From NCBI GenBank assembly GCA_964016885.1, contig OZ024740.1, forward strand, positions 388,740,001 through 388,804,000: a stretch of DNA of 64,000 nucleotides. The letters run 5' to 3'. Every line of letters begins with the position of its first letter. Position 1 is the first letter of the stretch. This DNA is from Eledone cirrhosa. Taxonomy: Eukaryota. Both the position numbers and the translations under genes were made by a program. Under the pieces are notes generated by a model. That model was not told the origin of the DNA, did not search any database, and saw nothing but the letters and a program-made list of their open reading frames with translations. Below are positions 40,060-51,437 of the stretch, piece by piece.

Positions 40060-41808
40060 TCATGTACGTTTTCTGTGTGATGCGAGTGATTTGTATGTGT
40101 GGAGGTGGTGTGAATTTTTGGGTTGCTGTGTAGTCTTTTTCTGTGATGCTGGTGTTGTGTTGGATGTAGTGTAATAATTGCTTGTTTTCAAATTTAATGC
40201 TGTGTAGTGTGTATCGTTTTGGTTGTTTTGTTTTGTTTGCGTTTGTTGTGGGTTTGTTTCTGTTTCGCTTTTTAGTGACTTTTGTGGTGTAGTTGATGTT
40301 GGTGTTGGGGTTAATGATGGTGATGGTGTTGGTGTTTGGGTTGATGGGGTTGGTGATGCTGGTGTGGATGGTGGCATATCTGTCCTAACTTTTTTGTTTG
40401 ATAGTTTATTTGTTTCCCTCTGTATTTTGTTTTTGGAGGGGAAGGGAAGAGGATTTTTTCTTTTTGGGTTTCTTTTTCTTTTTTTCTTTTTTCCTGATAC
40501 CGTTTCCCACTCCTCGTCGTCACAATCTGTCTCCAGTTGCGATAAGCCGGGGAGTGGAAAATCCTCCACAGGCGTTGGTTTTGGTTGTGGCGTGGTGGAT
40601 GGTGTAGGCGCTGGTGCTAGTTCTGGCGCGTTGGGTGGTGGTGATGCTGGTTTTGCTACTGTTGCTGGGGTTGTTGCTGTTACAGTTGCTTCTGTTGCTG
40701 CTGTTACAGTTGTTGCTGCCATTTCTGCTGGGATGGGTAAGAGAGGTTGCTTCAACCTTTTAGCCTGAGGGCAGAAAGCCCTTAGGTGGGTTCCTTCACC
40801 ACAAACGACACACCTAGGCCTTCTGCCCTCGACGATTACGGTGAGGTGGCTGCCGTCAGTGAGGTCTATTACCTCTGGGATCTCCTCAATGCTTTTTTTG
40901 TCCACTTGGATCAGGAGCTCCATCCCAGATCCGAACCAGTTCTCGTGGTTTTCTTTCGCTATTTCGATTATCTTAGTGTTGGCTTCGATGCCAGCGAGGA
41001 CGGCAGCCATTAGCCAGGGAATTTTGATGGCCGGTGGAACGTGGGTCACCCTGATCTTCACGAGTCTCTGGCTACAATAGCTTGGGACGAGTGTGAAGTC
41101 GTCACTTTTTAATGGGGCCATGGAGTGTTCTCTGGCCTCCTGTGGTGTTTCAAAGAACACGTCCACGGTTCCATATTTCTGCCCACGTCTGATGTGGGGG
41201 TTTTTTGCCCACACATGTCCCAAAGCTTTTTGGATTTGGGACTCGGATGCCCGTTCTACTCGGCGCGATTTTATGTTAATCGTCCGATAAGACACGGTGC
41301 ATAGGAGCCGATGCTCCATTTTATTAGGTGGGGGGGGGGGGCTGACCCATCTTTCTTTACCATTTTGGGGGGCTCCTTCTAAGTCCTCCTGAGTTACCTG
41401 GAATGCTTCGCACTTTTTTGCTACTCTCGTAAAAGACAGGGTAGTTTTCTTAATTTCATTGTTGCCGTTGTTGTTATCGTTATTTTTGTTATTGTTAATT
41501 TTAGTTTTAGTTGTGGTGGTGGTGGCGTCAGTGGTCTTCGGTGTGGAAGAGTTCATTTTGGTTGAATTCATTTCGATATCACGAGTTAATTTATTTTTTT
41601 CTTTTGTTTCTGTTGTCGCTGTGGTGGGGGTGGCGGCTTTAACACCTGCAATCATTTGTAATGGCGGGAAATGAATGTCTGCCTGAGACAAATTTAAAAT
41701 ATTGCTACTGCTTATATTTTTAGTGTTGGCAAACGTAGTAATATTTACAATGGTGGTGTCGGTGTGAGGTGTTAGTTTGTGAGGAAGGTGTGACCCTGAG
41801 TCGTCCAT
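40060..41808 (-). CDS. Tx1 ORF1 (gag-like, CCHC zinc knuckle, Pro/Thr-rich and basic tail)
   Basis: 582-aa ORF upstream of ORF2; CVVCGEGTHLRAFC; WETVSGKKKKRKR. Confidence 0.85.
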   Translation of the reverse strand: MDDSGSHLPHKLTPHTDTTIVNITTFANTKNISSSNILNLSQADIHFPPLQMIAGVKAATPTTATTETKEKNKLTRDIEMNSTKMNSSTPKTTDATTTTTKTKINNNKNNDNNNGNNEIKKTTLSFTRVAKKCEAFQVTQEDLEGAPQNGKERWVSPPPPPNKMEHRLLCTVSYRTINIKSRRVERASESQIQKALGHVWAKNPHIRRGQKYGTVDVFFETPQEAREHSMAPLKSDDFTLVPSYCSQRLVKIRVTHVPPAIKIPWLMAAVLAGIEANTKIIEIAKENHENWFGSGMELLIQVDKKSIEEIPEVIDLTDGSHLTVIVEGRRPRCVVCGEGTHLRAFCPQAKRLKQPLLPIPAEMAATTVTAATEATVTATTPATVAKPASPPPNAPELAPAPTPSTTPQPKPTPVEDFPLPGLSQLETDCDDEEWETVSGKKKKRKRNPKRKNPLPFPSKNKIQRETNKLSNKKVRTDMPPSTPASPTPSTQTPTPSPSLTPTPTSTTPQKSLKSETETNPQQTQTKQNNQNDTHYTALNLKTSNYYTTSNTTPASQKKTTQQPKNSHHLHTYKSLASHRKRT

Positions 41809-42042
41809 GATTTTTCAAAGAAGAATTTTTGTTTGATAATTATAAAAGTTTAAATTTTGGGCTCAAGGCCCCAATCTTTTTGGGTGTCCTTTTCAGATAA
41901 CAATGTATGTGCACTTATATACAGTTAACAATAAGATTTTTCCATAAATGGCAATTTTAAACAACTGAAAATAACAAACCTTTTCGGAACTCACGATGAT
42001 ACGATTTACTACGTAGGTCCCCAATAATAATAATAATAATAA

Positions 42043-42133
42043 TTGTTTCTACTTTTGGCACAAGGCCAGCAATTACTCAGTGCATTACTGGTACTTTATT
42101 TTAACGACCCCGTAAGGATGAAAGGCAAAGTTA
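42043..42133 (-). mobile_element. 5'-truncated SINE family 1 within (AAT)n
   Basis: Matches the SINE 3' half. Confidence 0.9.
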
Positions 42134-42148
42134 ATAATAATAATAATA

Positions 42149-43274
42149 ATGAGATGTAATGTTGCTGAACAAAAAGAAATGGATAGGAAGACTAGGAAAC
42201 TATTGACTATCTACAATATGTTCCACAAAATGAGTGATGTCGATAGACTCTACTTAAGAAGATCTGAAGGTGGAAGAGGTCTTATCAGCATAGAGGACTG
42301 TGTTCAGATGGAGAAAAACAACCTACACAAATACGTGACTGATAGTATGGAGCCAATGCTCAGAATTGTACTGAAAGAGAGGACAATAGACCAGGGGATG
42401 TCCAGGGAGGAAGTAACAACAAGGAGAACGAGGAACCTTCATGAAAAATCCCTTCATAGTGCCTTCTTTGAGGAAACTGAATTTAGAGATCCACAGACAT
42501 GGGACTGGTTGAAAAGAGAAGACCTTAAAAAGGCTACATAAGGAATGCTAATGGCTGCGCAAGAGCAGGCCCTCAAAACGAAGTGGCTGAAGCACCATAT
42601 TTACAAGGAGGAGGCTAGCCCACTGTGTAGGATCTGTGGAGAGAGAGAGGAGACTGTGGCTCACATTGTATCCCAGTGTAAACACCTAGCGCAGACTCAC
42701 TATAAGGGCTGGAGACATGATGTGATGGGCAGTGTGATCCACTGGCACCTATGCATAGTAAACAATTTACCACATTCTGAGAAGTGGTATGGGCATAAGC
42801 CAGAGTCGGTGATAGAAAACGGTCAGGTGAAGGTGCTGTGCGATTTTAGGATACAGACGGACAAGAAACTGGAACACAATAGTCCTGACCTGGTGGTTGT
42901 GGACAAAGAAAAAAGATCGTGCCTGATTGTGGATGTGGCCTGCCCATTCGACACGAGAGTGCAAGAGAAGGAGAGGGAGAAAATTAACCGATACCAGGAC
43001 TTAAAGTAGGAGGTAAAAAGGATTTGGAACTGCCATGAAGTCAAAGTGATCCCGATTGTTATAGGCGCACTAGGGACTATCTCAAAAAGTTTCCAGGGAT
43101 GGTTAAAGAAAATTGGCCCCTTCACGCTTTTTGGAACGCTTCAAAAGGCATGCTTGCTGGGAACAACAAGAACCCTCCGATACGTCCTGAATATCTGAGG
43201 CTGCAGGTAGTGGCTTGATATTTATTTCAACAAACTTTCCAGTTAACTAACATCAATGACTGAGACTCAAAGAG
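42149..43274 (+). mobile_element. 5'-truncated Dong/R4-like LINE family 1
   Basis: [42 protein letters not shown]; closely similar to 44880-46002; flanked by (AAT)n. Confidence 0.95.
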
Positions 43275-43281
43275 TAATAAC

Positions 43282-43320
<39 letters not shown>

Positions 43321-43321
<1 letters not shown>

Positions 43322-46002
43322 GAGTGGTCAAATCAGGAAAATGAGAAATGACATTGGAAAGCTTGAGTCCCTACTGAATGGGACACTAAAAAACATAGAC
43401 ACTAAAAATAGACTGGAAATAAAGTACAAAACTAGGAGGAAAAAGCTAAATATTATCATAGAGGAACTGAAGCAACGCATTGTAGCAAAGAGTGCAAAAA
43501 TCAGGCGATACGAGAACAGAGTCAGTCAGTATAGATAGAACCGCATGTTCGACAACAACCAGGAGATGCTGTTTGGACAGCTTGAGGGGAAAGAAAGAGG
43601 CAACTACTTGATCCCCGAGGCGGAACAAACTAAAGCATTCTGGAGCGGAATATGGGAGCAGGATGTTAGACATAATGACCAGGCAGTGTGGATTGAGACA
43701 GTACAGAAGGAGATTAGTGAACAGGCACACCAACAAACTGATTTGAGTATCACAGTTGAAATTCTTAAGGGGCAGGTCAAAAAACTAACCAACTGGAAAT
43801 CACCAGGCCCAGATGGTGTGCAGGGGTATTGGATTAAAAATATAACATCCCTCCACCCGAAACTGACAACCATGTTCAATGCTTGATGTCAGGTGAGGTA
43901 CCAGAGTGGTTGACAAAAGGTACCACAGTTCTGATAATGAAAGACCGAATCAAGGGTAATGATGTTACCAACTATAGACCTATCACATGTCTGTCCGTAA
44001 TGTGGAAACTGTTGACAAGCATTATGTCTGAGGAAATCTACCATCACCTCCACACAAACAACTTGTTACCGGACGAACAGAAAGGATGCCGAAAGAAGTC
44101 ACGTGGTACAAAGGACCAGTTACTTATTGATAAGATGGTAATGAGGAATTGCAAGAGGAGACACACTGGTCTTGCCATGGGATGGATAGACTACAAAAAG
44201 ACATTTGACATGGTGCCTCATTCTTGGATCACCAAACGCCTGGAGATCTTCAAGGTGGCAGATAACATCAGACAGTTGTTGGGCAAAAGTATGAAGTCCT
44301 GGGAAACAGAGTTAACATCAACTGGAGAATCCTTGAGAAGCGTGAAGATCAAGAGAGGTATCTTCCAGGGAGATAGTCTGTCCCCTCTGTCGTTTGTCCT
44401 TGCCCTGATGCCTCTGACCAGTGTACTGCGAAAAGTGAGAGCAGGATACAGGTTGGGAAAGGGAGGGCTTACCATCAATCACCTCCTCTTCATGGACGAT
44501 CTTAAGCTCTTCGGGAAGAGTGAGAAGGAGTTGGATGTGCTTGTTGACACTGTCCGTATTTTCAGCAATGATATATGTATGCAATTTGGTATTAGTAAGT
44601 GTGGAGTCATTGTGATGAAGAGGGATAAATTGAGCAGAAGTAACGGAATCCTGGTACCAACAGGTGAGATGATAAAGGAAATTGACTCTGAAGAAGAATA
44701 CAAGTATTTCGGTGTTCTGGAGGCTGATGACATCAAGAACAAAAGAATGAAGGAATTAATAAGAACTGAATACATTCGGAGAATAAGGAGCTTATTAAAT
44801 TCACATCTGAACAGTAGGAATGCCATAAGTGCAGTAAATTCCCGAGCTGTGTCTATTATTAGGTACAGTGCGAGAATTCTGAGATGGAATGTTGCTGAAC
44901 AAAGAGAAATGGATAGGAAGACTAGGAAGCTATTGCCTATCTACAACATGTTCCACAAGAGGATTGATGTCGATAGACTCTACTTAAGGAGATCTGAAGG
45001 TGGAAGAGGGCTTATCAGCATAGAGGACTGTGTTCAGATGGAGAAAAACAACCTACACAAATACGTGACTGATAGTATGGAGCCAATGCTCAGAATTGTA
45101 CTGAAAGAGAGGACAATAGACCAGGGGATGTCCAGGGAGGAAGTAACATCAAGGAGAAAGAGCAGCCTTCAGGAAAAATCCCTTCATAGTACCTTCTTTG
45201 AGAAAACTGAATTTAGAGATCCACAGACTTGAAACTGGTTGAAAAGAGAAGACCTTAAAAAGGCTACAGAAGGAATGTTAATGGCTGCGCAGGAGCAGGC
45301 CCTCAAAACGAAGTGGTTGAAACACCATATTTACAAGGAGGAGGCTAGCCCGCTGTGCAGGATCTGTGGAGAGAGAGAGGAGACTGTGGCTCACATTGTA
45401 TCCCAGTGTAAACACCTAGCCCAGACTCACTATAAGAGCTGGAGACATGATGTGATGGGCAGGGTGATCCACTGGCACCTATGCAAAGTAAACAATTTAC
45501 CACATTCTGAGAAGTGGTATGAGCATAAGCCAGAGTCGGTGATAGAAAACGATCAGGTGAAGGTGATGTGCGATTTTAGGATACAGACGGACAAGAAACT
45601 GGAACACAATAGACCTGACCTGGTGGTTGTGGACAAAGAAAAAAGATCGTGCCTGATTGTGGATGTGGCCTGCCCATTCGACACGATAGTGCAAGAGAAG
45701 GAGAGGGAGAAAATTAACCGATACCAGGACTTAAAGTGGGAGGTAAAAAGGATTTGGAACTGCCATGAAGTCAAAGTGATCCCGATTGTCATAGGCGCAC
45801 TAGGGACTATCTCAAAAAGTTTCCAGGGATGGTTAAAGAAAATTGGCCCCTTCACGCTTTTTGGAACGCTTCAAAAGGCATGCTTGCTGGGAACAGCAAG
45901 AACCCTCCGATACGTCCTGAATATCTGAGGCTGCAGGTAGTGGCTTGATATTCATTTCAACAAACTTTCCAGTTAACTAACATCAATGACTGAGACTCAA
46001 AG
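43321..46002 (+). mobile_element. Dong/R4-like LINE family 1 (RT, CCHC, RLE), 5'-truncated with a few disablements
   Basis: [52 protein letters not shown]; flanked by (AAT)n. Confidence 0.95.
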
Positions 46003-46269
46003 AATAATAATAATAATTATAATAATTATAATAATAATAATAATAGCAATAATAATAATGTTGCTGTTGTTGTTATTATTATTATTATATTAAATTTACT
46101 ATGTAATTCTGTTAGCGCAATTCATCAACAAATTTATAAACTAAATTTATGAATTTAATTGTTCATCAATTAACGTCATTAATTATCGAAATTACTGAAA
46201 TAATCAAGCACTTTAAATCTAATCAACTTTTACTTGAAATAAGAATGCACAATATATATTTATATATGT

Positions 46270-46653
<384 letters not shown>

Positions 46654-46735
46654 GATAAACAGAAATAACAGCACAATCGGTACAGTATATGGAAGGGATA
46701 TATAAGGTTAACGCTTCATATAGCAGGAAGAGGGT

Positions 46736-46769
46736 CTTAACCTTTCGGACACTAGTCCTTCACCAGAAG
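46736..46769 (-). ncRNA. Decayed minimal hammerhead in a probable PLE 3' end (about 46650-47160)
   Basis: Reverse complement: CTT-CTGGTGA-A-GGAC/GTCC-GAAAGGTT-AAG, two changes from canonical. Confidence 0.5.
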
Positions 46770-47483
46770 CAAGAATGGGAAATTAGATATATTGAGAGGA
46801 GGGACGGGCGGAATGGATTGGAAAAAAATGAATTTAGATAAAAATAACAGGTCCATTCAGGTTGACATCTCTTGCAGGAGAGAATAAACAATGCAGAAGT
46901 AGATAATGTTGCATTTCGAAGAGGCACAGCGACCGTTTTGAGATGATACTGTTTAAGTAGATTTAAATAGGGAGAGAGAACTATAGCAAATGGAGACAAT
47001 GAAGATGGCTAAGGGAGCAGGGGTCCCGTCAGCATGTGTTTCAGAAGAGAGATGATGAACGAGAATCATATCAATGTTGAAAAGCAAGGAAAGATATTTA
47101 AGTAAGAAAAAAAATATGATGATGGAATATATGTATACATGGCAATGTCTATAAGACTGTTTGTCTCACAATGATGTATTCCAGTTCTTGATAACAACAC
47201 GTTGTCCCAGGTGCATGTGAAGTAGTTTCGTTACGTTCCATTGTGCACTGGAATGAATAGTATGTACCTTAAAGAACTGAAACTGCAGTGATTTCCAGAG
47301 GTTAACTGAGGGGATGGGACTGTCCGTTTTTCCGTTGCTTTTTCCATTGACCCTATCCTGTACGCCCCACTGGTGTGATTTCATATTCTAAAAACTTAGT
47401 CATGCGGGCGTTTTTTGAAACTATATATATATATTTTTTATTTATATATATATATATTTTTATATATATATATATATATATAT

Positions 47484-47888
47484 AACGAAGGAAATGTGGT
47501 AAGGAACCAGGTGGACCATAACGCACCAAAGTACTCAATACGTAGGGTAGTAGAGTGGGTAGGAACGAGTAGGACCCCGACGGCTGAGCTCCAGCCGTTT
47601 CGACGGCTAATTCTGGACTAAATGAAAATTGTTATCCTGGTATATGAATAGCCGAGCTTCTCAGGGGGTAATTCCATATATGGTAAAAGTGATTGTCACA
47701 AGGATTGGTCAAAAGTTTGTTGTTGAGACACATAATTCTATCATGGCAATTTGTGGAAAGAAGGTGTAGCTGAACCTGCCAGTACTGAGAAGCTCGGCTA
47801 TTCATATACCAGGATAAAAATTTTCATTTAGTCCAGAATTAGCCGCCGAAACAGCTTGAGCTCAGCCGTCGGGGTCCTACTCGTTCCT
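47484..47888. mobile_element. Longest family A cassette, containing a complete hammerhead-like fold at 47574-47669 (-)
   Basis: Reverse complement: ACCCC-CTGAGAA-G..CGGCTA(long insert)TAGCCG.C-GAAACGGC..GCCGTC-GGGGT. Confidence 0.75.
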
Positions 47889-47900
47889 ATATATATATAT

Positions 47901-48123
47901 ATTAGAAAATATATAGCTTTCACCGTATTTTTGACTAAAGGAATTTTTTTTTTTTTTTTTTTATTAGCTTGATAACGGGGTTTAGAACCCTCAGATAAAT
48001 GGAAAAAGATTTATCTGAGGGTTCTAAACCCCGTTATCAAGCTAAAAAAAAAAAAAAAAAAAAAAAAATTTTCTTTTAAATTCCTTTAGTCAAAAATACG
48101 GTGAAAGCTATATATTTTCTAAT
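47901..48123. repeat. Fold-back inverted repeat with internal poly(T)/poly(A)
   Basis: Arms meet at about 48004; next to (TA)n. Confidence 0.85.
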
Positions 48124-48160
48124 TTCAAACTCGCTCACTGTTTCAAAACATACTTACTTG

Positions 48161-48236
<76 letters not shown>

Positions 48237-48352
48237 TTGTGTGTGTATGTATGTATATATATATATATATATATAATATATAGAGTTATAAACTCAAAAT
48301 AGTCTTTTACAATTAAATAGCTCAAAGAAAGAAATACCTCCGAGCCGTGTAA

Positions 48353-48768
48353 TACAAATGAATATATGATAGGGATAAACACAGATCAAGTATACATGTG
48401 TTCGCATTGCAAATGACCAAGTTAGCTAGATTGAAAAATACTAATTAAAATAATACGGTTTGCCTGTCTCGATTTAAATCAATAAAAACAAACCTATATT
48501 GGCAATAGCCGTGATACCCGGACACATTTTTAATTTGTTTCACAACAATTAAGTGAAAGTTACTATTCCTGTTACTATGCTGTTGCGAAACAAATTTAAA
48601 ATTTGCCCGGGCCACGGCTATCGCCAATTTAGGTTTGTTTTTATTGATTTAAATCGAGACAGGCAAACCGTATTATTTTAATTAGTATTTTTCAATCTAG
48701 CTAACTTGGTCATTTGCAATGCGAACACGTGTATACTTGATCTGTGTTTATCCCTATCATATATTTAT

Positions 48769-48773
<5 letters not shown>
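48353..48773. mobile_element. Fold-back cassette (about 195-bp arms) retaining only the hammerhead 3' half
   Basis: GAAACAAATT..AAT(T/G)TGTC-CGGG next to the centre in both arms. Confidence 0.7.
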
Positions 48774-48802
<29 letters not shown>

Positions 48803-49039
48803 TATATATCTATCAGATCATATATATATCAGATCAGAGCAAACATCATGGACGTTCTATCTCAAAATTATTTTTGAAAAGCATTAGAAATGCGCAACCG
48901 GTAAAACTTAAAACCAAAACTGAATACTAACCAATACAATTACTAATTCTCACTTATTCCTAATTAAACTACTTTTCACTGTGAACAAAGTCAACGAAGG
49001 GAAAATGAAACATGTGTCAGTGAAAATTAATTAAATTGT

Positions 49040-50835
49040 AACACTTCAAATGCCAGGGTTGGGGCGGAATCACTGACAGCAGAACAAATTAAAGAAAGGA
49101 TCGAAAAAGTTGAAGGAGTGCATGCTCAAGATGAAACTAAAAATGAAAACAATGAGATCGTCAATGATAAAGAAATGAATGAGAATGAACTCACCGACTT
49201 GAAGAATGAAGTTATGATCGAATGAATGAAAATGAAAGAATCTGACATGGGGACCGAGACACTCTCCCTAAGATCCAGAACTCCAAACAAAACCAAAGGA
49301 TAATACACAAGACTAACATAACTCTCAAAAACATTATCATCACAAATAAAGTAAACATTACTGATCTAAATCATCTCTATTATGCATCGGCTAAAGTCAC
49401 CACTCGCTTATGTGGAGTGGAAATGAAAAAACAAAGGAATTCCCACAAAAAACCTACTTGGCAAGAGAACATCAATCGCCAAATAAACCTTCTCCGATCT
49501 GACATAGAAATTTTAGCAAACTATAAAGTAGGTGAACATGTTAAACAAACTAAACTTAGAAAATTGAAAAGAAAATACAGTATAAAATCAACAAGTGACA
49601 TAGACATGCTGACAGAAACAATCAAGCAAAAAGTGTCGGCCAAAGCTGCTCGTATAAGGCGCTTTGAAAAACGATCTAGATTCTATAAGGACAATAATAT
49701 GTTCAAAAACAACCAAAGAAAACTGCAACAATTGGATTATCTACATATCTAAGGGAATCACATGATTGGATGATCAAACTCGTTTTGAAACACGAAAGCA
49801 TCAAAAGATCATATTCCATTACAAAAGATGCACAAAGATACAGTAACGAACTACAAATTAGAGAAGCTCCATTTACTGCTAAAATGAAAAACACAGAAAA
49901 AGCAAAGCAGGTAAAAGTAACTGCAAAGAAAGAACTGCTACAGAAACTGGCTAAGAAATGGCAAGAAAAGCCTCTGTATGGAAAATACCCAGAAAAAGCT
50001 AACAATCCTGATGTTGACAAAACTTTAACCCATCAGTGGTTGGCATCCTCTGGACTGAAATCGGAGACTGAAGGACTGATTATATCAGCACAAGATCAGT
50101 GTCTGCGAACAAAAAATTACCAAGCCAACATCATAAAAATGGATGCAATCAATTATGCCGTGAGACCATTGATCATATAATTTCAATGTGCAGTCCTATA
50201 GCTCCAACCGAATACCTAAACAGGCACGACAGAGCTGCACAATACATACATTGGATAATGTGTAAGCATTTTGACCTGCCCCATCAAAATGATTGATGGG
50301 AGCATCAATCACGTCCCGTACTTGAAAAAGATCACATCTCAATCTTGTGGAACTTTAGCATGCAAACAGACCGAAAAATAGGTTCAAATAGACCTGATAT
50401 AACATTGAAGGACTTTAAAAAGAGGGTATGCCTGCTAATTGATATGTCCGTTCCAATAGACAAGAATGTATCTATAAAAACATTTGAAAAATTGAGCAAG
50501 TATAAAGACCTGGAGATAGAAATTGGAAAATGTGGAAGTTGAGAACTAAAACAATACCAGTGGTTGTGGGCGCTCTAGGAATGATACCTAAGGGGTCTAA
50601 TGATTACTTATCCCAAATCCCAGGAAACCCACGTATAGAAGAAATTCAAAAGATAGTACTAATGGGAACTGCCCATATACTAAGGAAGATTCTGTCAATA
50701 TAAGTACATCACAAGTCTAAACACCTAAAGATGCATGTGTGTATGTATGTTCTTTCTTGAACATGGCGGACCTTGTATCTTGAGGTCACTGGTTGTGGCT
50801 TGGTGATAACTCGCATGAACATAAAGCAAGATAAA
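49040..50835 (+). mobile_element. R4/Dong-like LINE family 2 with the RT deleted
   Basis: N-terminal KQKVSAKAARIRRF is joined to the post-RT region (ETEGLIISAQDQ, RHD, RPDI); 3' part is closely similar to 35500-36225. Confidence 0.9.
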
Positions 50836-50895
50836 TAATACTAATATTAAAAGGGAACAAAGAATCCGTATTGCATCATGCGTCTACATGTGAAC

Positions 50896-50987
50896 ACATA
50901 TCTGAGAAGCTTCCGATTCCAGAGTCAGGATCGATCATTAATCGATCGTTCCTCGAGCTGATCGGCAGTGAAACTTATGTAATATGT
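50896..50987 (+). ncRNA. Type I hammerhead-like motif with CUGA-GA-A core
   Basis: ACATAT-CTGAGAA-GCT.CCGAT..ATCGG.AGT-GAAAC-TTAT-GTA-ATATGT, inside an imperfect inverted repeat at 50836-51043. Confidence 0.65.
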
Positions 50988-51129
50988 AATTAAGTATGTA
51001 AATGATACAATACTGATTCTTTGTTCCATTTTAATATTATTATTGATACTCAGCTCCCCATGAGCATCGAATGGTCATCTTCGCATACAGCCTGCGGATG
51101 CAATTAATTTGCACCTGTAATACCCAAAG

Positions 51130-51208
<79 letters not shown>

Positions 51209-51267
51209 CCACATGTTAATTCCGCCTATAGAAATGTTCTCACTTGCAGTAAACGCGTCTGGAAAAC

Positions 51268-51357
51268 AGTCGGGGTCATACTTTTTCCTACTACCCTAAG
51301 TATTGAGTACTCTGGTGCGTTATGCTCCATCTGGTTCCTTACCACAACTCCTCCGTT
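51268..51357 (+). mobile_element. Family A pLTR 3' fragment
   Basis: GTCGGGGTCATAC..CTACTACCCTAAGTATTGAGTAC..TGGTTCCTTACCAC. Confidence 0.8.
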
Positions 51358-51437
51358 ATATATATATATATACGCACATGTATTCATGGATATATATATA
51401 CATACATACATACATATGTAATACATATAGATAAATA

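Larger units (their letters stand above)
36272..42022 (-). mobile_element. Near full-length Tx1/L1-clade LINE inserted in (AAT)n
   Basis: 5' UTR, ORF1, APE-RT ORF2 and AATAAA near the 3' end; (AAT)n on both flanks. Confidence 0.95.

Noticed and set aside
37503-41674. Plus-strand ORFs overlapping the Tx1 element
   Set aside because: Antisense shadows of GC-richer coding sequence
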